A DNA stretch of 60,992 nucleotides, counting the filler, from Sphacelaria rigidula (lineage: Eukaryota), in the NCBI GenBank assembly GCA_964200075.2. It is 8 parts of 8 records of this genome, joined end to end, with 100 filler letters (N's around TTAATTAATTAA, not from the genome) between each part and the next. Parts side by side here need not be neighbours in the genome. Positions count along the whole stretch, not along the records: positions 45,821 to 53,356 come from CAXNAA020014453.1; positions 53,457 to 60,992 come from CAXNAA020014454.1; 6 more parts are not named here. One strand, 5' to 3'. The notes under the pieces were generated by a model. It was not told the DNA's origin. It saw only the letters and a list, made by a program, of their open reading frames with translations, and ran no database searches. Every line of letters starts with the position of its first letter. Position 1 is the first letter of the stretch. Positions 50,230 through 60,992 of the stretch are shown piece by piece. The position numbers and the translations under genes were made by a program.

Positions 50230-51720
50230 AGTACAACTAGACTCGTTCTGGCTACGTTTGCATACAATGCGCAAGATGTGTACCACTGAGTGCCATTTCA
50301 CTGAAACCCTTGCGAGCTACCCGAATGACGATTATGTCACCATCCAAACATAAAATCGCCCGCCAGGCACAAGATAACTCGTACGAGCACTAACATCGTT
50401 TTTTGTGACTTATCCAGAGACACTCACGATGGACGTGCGGTGGTTGCCCCCATGGTATTTGCACAAATACCTTGAATCGGTTTTCCGCTCAAAATTGCTA
50501 CTTTTGTAATCATCCCGTACGCAGCGCAGAACCCGACCTGGAAGAACTGCAACAACCGTGCGATATTGAGGGCCGACTTGTGAATTCTCCAGTTGCCATT
50601 ACACTAGCCTCATACACATACTTTCTAAATCTACCATCGAAGTTGACACCAACTCGCGATCAACAGCAACGACCCAAAAGTGCGCACCTGTCTTATCGCA
50701 TCACCATAACCCCCCGCTTACGAGAGAATCATGAAAACCTGGCATTTGAAAAGTTCAAACAGAAAAACAGTTGCTCTATCATTGTCATCATCCTCGTTTA
50801 TCTCGTCGCCCGACTACTCTCACGAGGTGGCGGCAAACAAGTGTGTCTCTCGGAAGATGGCACAAACGCCGTCAGCCTCGCTGTCGCCGCTGTTCGTAGG
50901 ATGGCCTGGGGTAGAAAATAAGATACACCTAGTCAGGATAAGGTACAACAGTCTAGTGATATACCTGTTTGAGTTCCGGGTACGCGGGATGACTTTATAT
51001 TGGGATGTTAGTGACTGGACATGCGTGATTGGTGCTTGTCGTATCTTGAGATCTTGATCCCTACTGGGGTCACTCCCCTTTCTTCCCTCTTCAGCAACAA
51101 AGCTTTATATACATTTCTACCTCATCTTGATCGGCAGTCAGCCGTGTCCATCGATGGACTATCGCAGTCGTGTCCATTGATCGACTATCTGAGTCGAGTC
51201 TGCACCCCATTCTCTCACGGGTCACGAAGCTACAAACAGCCGTCTCCACGACCATTGGTGAGGGGCAGACCTGATCATCTGGCGCTGCGGAGTTCGAGCC
51301 CTTCGTATTTCTCAACGTACTGGTGAGAATCGGTAACAATCCTCCTGGGAAGGGACCACACCACTTCACGTGTAGACAGTCAGGACGCGCGAGTAGATTT
51401 GTCAGAATCTCGATATTGACGACTACTGCTTCAGCTTACCGATACCAAGAAGCTCGTGAATGCCCGAGGTTATAGGCCACTTTGATCGCTGGTCGAGGGA
51501 GTCGACAAGAGGATCAGCCGCAGACTATATCTGAAGGAAATGTTGGTAATTTGATATCGGTAGGAACTGACGAGGACGTTCGCCCCCCTCGACTCTCTCG
51601 GCATGCGTTCGTCGAAACCAGAAACAGACATAATCGGCCAGCGTAAGTAGACCACCGAAATCACATGTGGTACACGCAGATCTAGTATGGTGCGCTGCTG
51701 CAACACCATGGTACGAAAGA
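50230..51720 (+). mobile_element. Highly degenerate Gypsy-like integrase / C-terminal remnant
   Basis: Collinear fragments LVLATFAYNAQ (50242), LSPLFVG (50881), PH....GLSQ...YLSR...PF and LVRGR (51120-51270), with many stops and frameshifts. Confidence 0.4.
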
Positions 51721-54274
51721 CGGCGAATACATTTTCCCGAGTGAGCATGGGCCATTGCACTGCTCAGTCTACGACTTCCCCACAAAACACCTCGTTTTGC
51801 ATGTGGTATACAGGAAGGTTACATGAGGTACTGATATGGCGAAGAAATCAAAGCAACCCATAGACTGTCGACTGCCTGCCGGAACCGTGGTGATTCGACG
51901 ACATCGATCGGTTCCCGGAGCGTGAGGCCCTGGCTGTGTAATAGCTTGCTGTTGCGAGTGCTGTTGCGACTGGTCACCATCGCCGTGAATCCCGTTGGAC
52001 ATGTCTGTATAAGTGCAAACACAAGCTGAAACACCACTGTGCTCAGCGCAAAGGGTCGATGAGTATGCCCACTCGAAATTACGACGAACAGCTAGAACGG
52101 CTGAGACGACGGCATTTTATATCGGTGCGCCCGTGACGTGCGATCCATCAAAACACCCCGATGTGACCCCACACCAATTCACCCTCACCCCTTCCTCGCA
52201 TTTCTTCTCCCCGCGCCTGCCACTTTCCCGGGACCAACCGCCGACGATATTGCTCAAAAGGACAAGCTCGCGGCGAAGGGGTTCATATTACGTCGTCGCG
52301 TTCGCTTATTTACATTACAGCTGTTGTTTCTTCTCTGATTTTCTCTTCTTTTTTTCTTATTTTTCTTTTCTTTTTCACCGGCCTTTTCTTTCTGAGCTTC
52401 CTTTTTCTTGTTTTTGGTCTCTCTTTCACGCCCCAGTCTACTATGTCGTTCTGTTCCACTTTCTTCTGTTCCTTGTTTCTCTTCAGCAAACGTTTCAGTT
52501 TTGTTTCGTCTTGGGTCCGTCTATCATGTCACCACGGCTGGGTCCCTGGGGGATCAATAAGAGTACATCAATTATGCAATGAATGAAAGGGCCACAGTGC
52601 GGCAAAATGTTCTCTTTAGACTAATAACATGGCAGGGGTGTACTAGGTTTTTGAGGCCCTTTGGTGCTGAGGTCTCTTGATGGAAAACGTTTTGGGCCTT
52701 AGTGTGCAGCCCCAGGAACCCTTCGGACCGAAAAGGGCGCACTTACCGTGATTATCTCGCTCGCGATGGAAAACATTAGTTCGCAACATTCTGGGTTAGA
52801 CTATCCCACGAGAAACTTAAAAAATCTTGCTATTACCATTATTAGGTCAACACTGAACAGCCTTACTATTGACGTCATGGTGCGACGCCTGTCTACTCGT
52901 TCCACCTTTGCAGTGTCGCTAGATTCTCCTTTTCCGCCGTGAGTAGCCACTGGCAAGAGGTAGCCTTCCCTTTGCCTAATGTAGCCCCGGTTTTCAGTCG
53001 GATGTTTTCCCCGCACCATGGCTTTGCATGCCAAGCACGACAGGGATGGTCTCAGAAGCGACAGGGCAAGGCGCATGCATCTCCCACTTTCCGACTACTG
53101 TAGTTGTAAACCACTTAGCATCGCGTAATATGACCGCATGTAGATCGGTTTGGCAAAGCGAACGGCACGCTGCGTTAGATTATGCGACAACAACGACCAT
53201 GTACTACTCAGTTGACAAGAGAAGTGTCTGAGTATATAATAACAACGAAGAAGGATGGCGGCATGTGTGAGCCGAAAAATGAAGATGGAATGCATACACA
53301 CGATATAACAGCCAATCATCTATGTTGAGGATGGTGCTTTTGATTGAGGATGAGAANNNNNNNNNNNNNNNNNNNNNNNNNNNNNNNNNNNNNNNNNNNN
53401 TTAATTAATTAANNNNNNNNNNNNNNNNNNNNNNNNNNNNNNNNNNNNNNNNNNNNTGGTCTGATGACTATGGCATGCATGATCATGAGTACATCCCCTC
53501 CCCCCCCTCGCCCCCCCGCACCCGGAGGAAAGGCTATGACATGAAGCAGCTTAATGTCATAACCTTTGGCGTGAGCGCCGAAAATGAACATAATGCAGGG
53601 TGGGGCCGGGATTTTTTTCACACCCCTGCTGCTACAACTGTTGTTGCAAAAAACCTATACCTTGACCGGATTAATGTGGCCAGGTTTTGTGATCTGGATG
53701 CAAGACTCAATTTGGCTCGCACAGCACCACACTACAGCGGGACCTTGTACGGTGTTCGAATGGGCTTTTGAACACCAGGCAGTGGAGACTATTGCGTTTT
53801 ACTCCAACGAGATACGCTGGGTTCCTTCATGTTTTGGTCCTTGATGCGCAGAGAGAGACGGGGAGATAGACAGGCACAGAGATGCAGAGATATGGGGTTA
53901 GAATGAGAGACAGAGGCAGGCAGACGCAGAGCAGAGCAGAGCAGAGCAGAGAGAGAGAGAGAGGGAGAGAGAGGGAGAGAGAGAGAGAGAGGTGGGTGGG
54001 TGGGTGGGGGGGAGAGCCCATGTTGTTAACTTGTGTCAGCGGGTCTCTCGATTAGGTCAGATGACGCATGCTACCAACCCGTCTTACTTTTTACATCTAA
54101 GGGGATTGCTGTTTGCCCAATCACGATTGAGCATGAAGCACGAAGATCATTGTACGTGATGTCTTCTTGACGATAATTGAGTACCTCATGTCAAGCCCCA
54201 CCCCTTTCCATCTTCCGTTCCGGTCGATCTATACCTCGTGCCTTGTGTTCGGCGCATGGCACACACACGCACAG

Positions 54275-57200
54275 GCATGGACCGCGCACGACTACTCGCT
54301 GGTAATGACGACAACTCGCTTCCCCGACGACATTGGTGCTGTCAGTACAGTATGTGGTGATACCATCCAGCCCAGGCAGCCGTTTGATCGCCTCGTTGAT
54401 GCCGACGGTGCCATCGACGGTCATTACCGTGTTGGCACCGGTTTTCGACATGTTGGTGATAGTGCTGCACACACCGAGTCGTGTTCGGCGCAATCGATGC
54501 AGCAGGTGCAGGGGCAGCAGCATCAGGCGCTGGGCCAGCAGCGGCAGGTGCAGGGCCAGCAGGAGCAGCATGAACAGCACCATCTTCCGCAGAAACGAAA
54601 ACGTCTGCAGCACCTTCAGCAGCACCTTCAGCAGCAACGACAACGTCAGCATAAGCAGCAACGTCATCATCAACAACAACGTCTGCATAAAGAACGGCAC
54701 CCGCAACAACAACGACAGCGGCAGCAACACCAACAACACCTACACAACCAACACCGACACAACCAACGACAACACGTACCCCACGGTGGGCATGCTAATG
54801 TCGCGGGTTTTAATACTCTTCCCCTGCAGCATTATCTGTCTCAGGCTGCGCCTTTTGATGCCGGTGCCCAGCAGCAACAGCGTTGCAACTGGTTGGCAGC
54901 ACGTAACATTGTCTGTGAGATTTGATAGATACGTACGGCTGTGGCGGCTTCACCTACCCGATTGTCGGGGAACCCTGAGCTGAATGTGACGAACAACGAA
55001 CTACTGTGTCGAAAAACACTCGGGTGCAGCAGAACGGATACGAAAGCGCTGACACTTCTTGTTGGGAGAACTGAGCTCATACGCGCTCGGCCTTTGTTTT
55101 TCAGGAGCTAAAGTTGGCCTTGTGTTGGAAACCTTGTCTCGTATCATCCTTTTGTGTGACTTTTACCGCACAACCTCATCACCGGGTTTCTTTAGATGTG
55201 ATCAAGAAGGAAAGGAGAATGCATGGGAAAGAAACGACCGTGCGAGCTCGTTTAGTTTCCAGCCCAAAACATGGGTGCATACCTCACTCTAAATGACGCC
55301 TCCATGTGTTCAACTGGGTAGCTATAGGCTTTCATCAATACTCCCAGCACGAAGTACAAAAAAATCGCATAGTCCTAATTCTATATACTCGTGCCTACAG
55401 TTCTCATATACACACCCAGTTACTTACACAAAACTTTGGCACCTACGCGCACACGCGAGTGGTTGCCTGTATTGTTATTACTGTACATCTACAGAGGCGT
55501 ACTTTCCCTGCCATTTTCCATCTTTTTGGTTCATTAGATACACACAGAGTTTTGAACGAATGATGCCGCGATGGCTCTTCCCCAGAAATGTGACTGGTTC
55601 GAGGAAGCGAAATCCACGTTTGTCCCAAATTTCAAGAGCCGAGCACACCGAGCAGCTGAGAACTCCCACGCTTGGGATTGGTTTCACCAATGTCGCCTAT
55701 GTGAGGCGATTCGTGCAGTCTGAAACCAGCTATCAGGCGCTATTTGGTCATTTCCTTCGCCGCTGTTTTGAGGCTGGTTTGGGGGAGAGGGGGGGGGCTA
55801 TCGCGGCATTAACCAAGCCCACTTGAAATTATACACGTTGGGCTTGAGAAAACGCCCTACGTTTTTCCCGAGTGTCCCTGAGTTGATAGTCATGAGGAAA
55901 ATGGACCTTGCACGATAATGCAAGACCTTCTAAGGTTGTTGCTCCGCTGAGTTTGTTCTATGCAAGTTTTGGACAGCGGCATTCTTCCGAAGCTTAGAAC
56001 CATGCGTTACTCCTTGCTTCCTCCGCCTACCTCGCGTAAGTTTACCCTCCTCCTTCAGTGCAACCACCCATTTATGCATAGGCTCCATCGAAATATGCTT
56101 GTCATGAGCTTTTCTTGGCCAAATGACTTGCTGCCAGTGCGTTGATACTATTATGTGAACTCCGCTGACACGGTTCAGGGGCAAGTTTCCCACAGGGATA
56201 AGGCATACATTCTAAATCATCTGACTGCTGTCTCCGATCGATAGATTATCGCACAGTGACCTGTACCCGACGGGTCCAGCCGTGGTCACAAGAAACTACT
56301 ACAGAAAAAGCAAAATTTACATCTCAACGACTGAAATCAGGCATTTTTCAGATAGAAAAAGAAGACCCAAACGCGTTTGCTGGAAATCGAAACCGCATAT
56401 TTCCCCCGATCTAATGGTGCAAGTTGTGCCGGTAGACCACCGGGACGCGGCGCTAAACATATTAAAGGGTTGATATCGTCCCAGAGTCGCGAAACAAGCC
56501 TAGACCCGAATTGTACGGGTGTCGGTTTGACAAGGTCACAGTATTGCCTTGCCGGAGAGAAGTCTATGGTCTCTGTGGTTCATACATATGTTTGATTGCT
56601 GTATTGTTGGAGTCTGAAACGAGTGGGTGAACACTAAGCGCAAAGACGACTAATGTATTGTGCTGTTACTCTGGTAAATATTTTTGGCCAACCTCTCCTT
56701 CCTGTCCCGTTTCCCCCGTGCGGATGCTTCCTCCCTGCAGATCACATGTTCGGCACCCACGAGAACCCTCTGACGCCTGCTGGCGTTGGCCATGCTTCGG
56801 GTAACATGTACAACAACAACAACAACAACAACTACAACTACTACAACTGCAACTACTACAACGGCGACGCCTCCTTCGGGCACAACTTTTCAGCGGCAGC
56901 CGAGAAGAACGGTGGTGGCCACATCGCATCTGAAGGTACTGAGGCATACTGCGGAGATGTTGCGGCTAAAACCGTAGGTATCACTGCTAAGTTACAGTCG
57001 ACGGATGTTGAGTGATGGGATAGAGAATATATTATGATGATGTTTGGGCGACGAAGGAATGTGTTGCGAAATATCTATGGCGATAAAGCAAACTTATTGA
57101 ATGATATGTTGGTGAAATAATGAAATTTCTTCATGGAACATCGTTTTGGAGGTATTAAGCATGCTGTTGTTTACATAGTACACGCTCATGTGTCAGCGAT

Positions 57201-58994
57201 AATAAATTGTTCCCCCCATCGTATACTATTTTGCTGACGTATTCTTAGGACGGTATGCTAGTGACAGACGCCTTAAAGTCACGTTAATCGATTGGACACT
57301 TTCTACGATAGCCCCCCCCACCCCCCCAAAATCAGCCCAAATGTGTCACGAAAAAACTGGTCATACAGCCCCTGACGTTTGGGTTCAGGCTGCATGAAGC
57401 GCCTCATGTGGACGACATCGGCGAGAAGGAACCCAAGCGTGAAAATTCCCAGCTGCTCGTTTTTCTCGTTTATTTACATTTCGATTCACGTGAAGATTTC
57501 GCCTTCCCAAACCAGACACTTTTTTGGGGGGGGCTATCGTAGAAATCGTTCTTGGTCGACCAGGTTGATACTCGCATACTACCTTATTCTCGAAGGAATT
57601 CAGCCGTGGCCACAAGATGGAGGTACCTGAGTTAAACAAACGGACCAACTCGCTGAAGAAAACCCTAGGAAAGGAAACGATACCGAAAAAACGTTAGAAC
57701 AAACGGGGCGAACGGATTCCGCCCCCCCTCTCCTCCCTCCCCCCCACGCACCCCTTTTGGGGATTGGCGTCGGTTGGCAAGGATGCTGTCAAACACGCCA
57801 CTCACGAAGTAGGCTCGGCAACCAGGTTAGAGGGTTTGTTTTCCGCGTGTGTTTTTTTGCGGTAACCGTGATAGCGGTTGAGTTAGATCGTACTGTGCGG
57901 GGTGGAGATCCTCAACTCCGCGCATAGGGGTGTACCCATGATCTTGCATGCCATAGTCATAAGATCATTCAGCTCCGCGCATAGGGGATAACCGCACTAC
58001 GTAGTGTTTGAATGGCGTGAGAAACCCATGAGGCAGTGCAATCTGTGGCCGTCTCCGGGACTGTCGAGACCAGAAAATGAAGCAGCTCAGTCGAGGCTGT
58101 CATCCATGTGAAAATAATTAGCAGGCCACGGGCAACATATTCCTAGCAGGGTGCGACTCACCCTTCATATGACTTGCCGAACACATCACGGCGCTTCGCC
58201 TTGGCGATTGCGAGCCTGGTCCGGCGAAATACCTGCGTTCTCCGTCCTGGCTTTGTAGGGATGCGAGGTCAGTGGTCTTATGACTACGGTATGCAGAATC
58301 ATGAGTACATCTCCCCCCTCCTCATGTTCAACCGTGCCAGTTTGAACGAGGGATCACGCCATGCTGCTTGCTGACAGCCCTAATACTGCCGCTTGGCATT
58401 TGTGAGACGTCCTACCTGAACCGAATACAAAATCTCTGAAATAAATTGATTGGACGCGTGGTCTTTTTCAGGGTGCGACTCTATATGTGGGAAAACGTTG
58501 GGAGCCCTTTTCAGCTCATTTCAGCTTCGTGCTCAGGTCTGGGTGCCAAGTCCGGAGCTATTTAAGTAGTCTAACTGCTTGTTTTCTCTTAACGCTGAGC
58601 AAAATGAGAAGTATACCCACTTGGATATAGAGACCGGTGTTCACTGCCAAATGCGCGACCAGCCCCTGAGCACTTCATTTCTTCTTTATAGAGTTCGTGA
58701 TCAGGCCTGGCCGCTAAGCCCTTGTCGATTTAACGACTCGAATAGCTGTTTCCGCTCAATTGTGAGCACGTTGGGCGTAAGTCACTTGGTCACAGAGGGA
58801 CCCACAATCACTGCCAGATAGGCAGTCAGCTCTGAGCCCTTCGATCTGTTGTTGGTTTCGAGTTCCTCGACGATCTTGACCACCGCCCCAGCTGACTCTG
58901 AAACGATTGAGGGCTTGCACTTGCTGTTCCCCTCCTCAGGAAAGCTAGCTGTGTACGTTCGTTTCCCCCTACATATGGTTTGGCACTGTAATCC

Positions 58995-59028
<34 letters not shown>

Positions 59029-59748
59029 TTGTCGTACTCTTTTCCCCTCCCCCTTCTCGGGACGAGTCCGTGGTCTCGAGGGATCAACCCATCTCCCCCC
59101 CAGTACACGGCCTGCATTTTGGTCTCGCGGATTGGATCATGACCATCAGCACTCCCGCACCGCGTCAACTCTCGTCACTCAAACTCAATCACCTACTTTT
59201 TTGTTTACTCACGACCTCATGCTTTCGACGGTGAAAATCAGATACTTCGAAAATGAACTTTAACGCGTCGGGAATCGAAGCCTTATTCTCTCCACCCTAA
59301 TGGTGACAGTCGGACCATTTGAATTCACACCACCGGGGCACGGTCTATAGTATCAGTACAATAGTAGTATTGGTTACTGTAGTGAGATGCTTGGATGCGA
59401 ATGATGGATGGATGAGTTATGCATGCATGCTGCAAGGAAACCGAGGTAGGCAAAGGTTTGCCAGGTGAACTGAAAAAAAATGATCGCGGATCCAATCAAC
59501 TCAGTCAACAACACACAAAACGGCCAGGTCGAGCGGCTCCGGCCGGCGAGCAAAGCGCGCACGAATCATTACCAGCGGTAGGATCGCCCTTCGCGTCATC
59601 CGCATCAGCATCCGCATCAGCATCAGCATCAGCATCTGGACACCTGGTGAAAGAGGCTGTTGAGTCTATCGAGAATCATCCGACATCTCTGCTGCCGGCA
59701 AGAAGCTCCTTCGATATTTGGCAGGCGCAACACATCACCATGGAAGAG
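54275..59748 (+). CDS. Possible multi-exon gene for a low-complexity Q/N/H-rich protein; candidate exons ~54275-54925, 56741-56935, ~59437-59748
   Basis: Three long open stretches, mostly bounded by AG/GT, encode poly-Q/H, poly-N/Y and SA-repeat sequence. No recognisable domain, and exon joining is unverified. Confidence 0.35.
59050..59343 (-). mobile_element. tRNA-derived SINE family B, uninterrupted copy
   Basis: Minus-strand head GTGCCCCGGTGGTGTG...GGCTTCGATTCCC; body matches the 2695 and 17575 copies. Confidence 0.75.
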
Positions 59749-60199
59749 GTGAAAAGTACGAGTGGCGCTTTGGATTATGGCGATCATAATTATTTTGACT
59801 GATTCGATTGTTTTGACAAAAGCGTTTATGTCGTTTTTTTCCCGGTGATCTGAGTGATTTGATTGATTCCCGTGAGCTCATTACCTGACTCACATTGAGA
59901 GATTTGTGTCGCTCAAACAGAGGTGTCTCACATAAATTGATGGTCCCAAGCAAACTGATCCCCTACGGTATCAGTCGTGGTCGCGAGGTAGACGTTCTAC
60001 CTGAGGAGGTCGATGAAACTGATTCAACGTTTGGACAAAAACAATCGTGATCTGCCCCAATTTCAACATTTGAACTTATCAATCATACGATTTGTACACA
60101 AATTGTAATGCGTACATGTTTTGGGCTCGTGATTCATGCGACACTTCTTGAACTGTACAAACTCCCACTTCGTGATTCGTGCGGTACACCGTGTAAGGC

Positions 60200-60630
60200 A
60201 CACGTTTCCTGCCTTCTATTCGTATAGTATGAACCGTAAGTACATGTTTCCCACCTCCCATTCGTGTGGTATAAATCATGGGCACATGTTTGCCTCCTTC
60301 CATTCATGCAACGTAGGTCATATGTAGATGCCTCTAACCTTCTATCCATGCAGCATGAATCATAGGTACATGCTTCTCACCTTCCATTCATACGAGTGAA
60401 TGGAGCGTACATGATTTGCAACTTCTGTTCATGTAGCATGAACCATACGTACGTGTTCTCAGCCTTCCATTTATACGAGATGAGTCAACCGTACATCTTT
60501 CCCAATTCTCATTCATGCAGCATGATAAATCATAGGTACATGTTTCCCACCTTCCATTCACACGGGATGGATCAAGTGTACATGTTCTCCACCTGTGATT
60601 CATGTGAGATTAATCAAGTGCACATGTTTT
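60200..60630. repeat. Degenerate 42-bp tandem array, about 10 units
   Basis: Consensus is approximately CATGTTTCCCACCTTCCATTCATGCAGCATGAATCATAGGTA; units are 41-45 bp. Confidence 0.85.
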
Positions 60631-60922
60631 TCACCAGTCATATATACAGGAACTGTGATTCGTTAATATTGCGCACTCTTCACTCGCGTGTCATTTACTT
60701 GGAGTGCACACATTCCGAGTTCGTGATTCGTGTTGTACGACCTTAATCGTGCCACTTTACCATCCGTGACTCATACCGGATGAGTCTTTGGTACATGATG
60801 CGCACTCTTCATTCGAGGTTAGTCAAACCGTATGAACTCTGATTCGTGCGGATCGTGAAACAATTGGCGAAATCATCACTAATTTTCGGAAAGAAAACGC
60901 GAGTAAGCGAAGCAACGATGAG

Positions 60923-60985
<63 letters not shown>

Positions 60986-60992
60986 GCCATCA
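60923..60992. repeat. (CAT)n microsatellite at a contig end
   Basis: Directly visible. Confidence 0.95.

Overview
Eukaryotic, intron-rich and repeat-rich DNA, most likely from a brown alga (Phaeophyceae). That attribution is inferred from gene and intron style, TTAGGG repeats and resemblance to Ectocarpus-type repeats as I recall them; no search was run. The window is not one locus. It is eight contigs of 7537 or 7536 bp joined by artificial 100-bp N/TTAATTAATTAA/N linkers. Partial spliced genes that I reconstructed by hand from GT-AG boundaries: a non-RD TKL-type protein kinase (-), PDE6D (+), an L-2-hydroxyglutarate dehydrogenase-like FAD oxidoreductase (+) and the 3' part of a plastid-type phosphoglycerate kinase (-). 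Weaker calls are a sulfotransferase-like gene (-) and a Q/N-rich gene (+). The rest is mostly mobile DNA: two tRNA-derived SINE families, LINE fragments, Ty3/Gypsy pol remnants, and hAT-like and PIF/Harbinger-like MITEs with readable target-site duplications (TSDs). The most notable signals are: (1) a ~205-bp TGTA...TACA MITE with 4-bp TSDs (Ginger-like) that carries telomere-type repeats and nests in itself; (2) a probable fossil Ginger2/KRBA2-like integrase on another contig; and (3) a repeated ~50-nt self-complementary motif downstream of a Gypsy pol remnant. No CRISPR array, rRNA or intact tRNA gene is supported.
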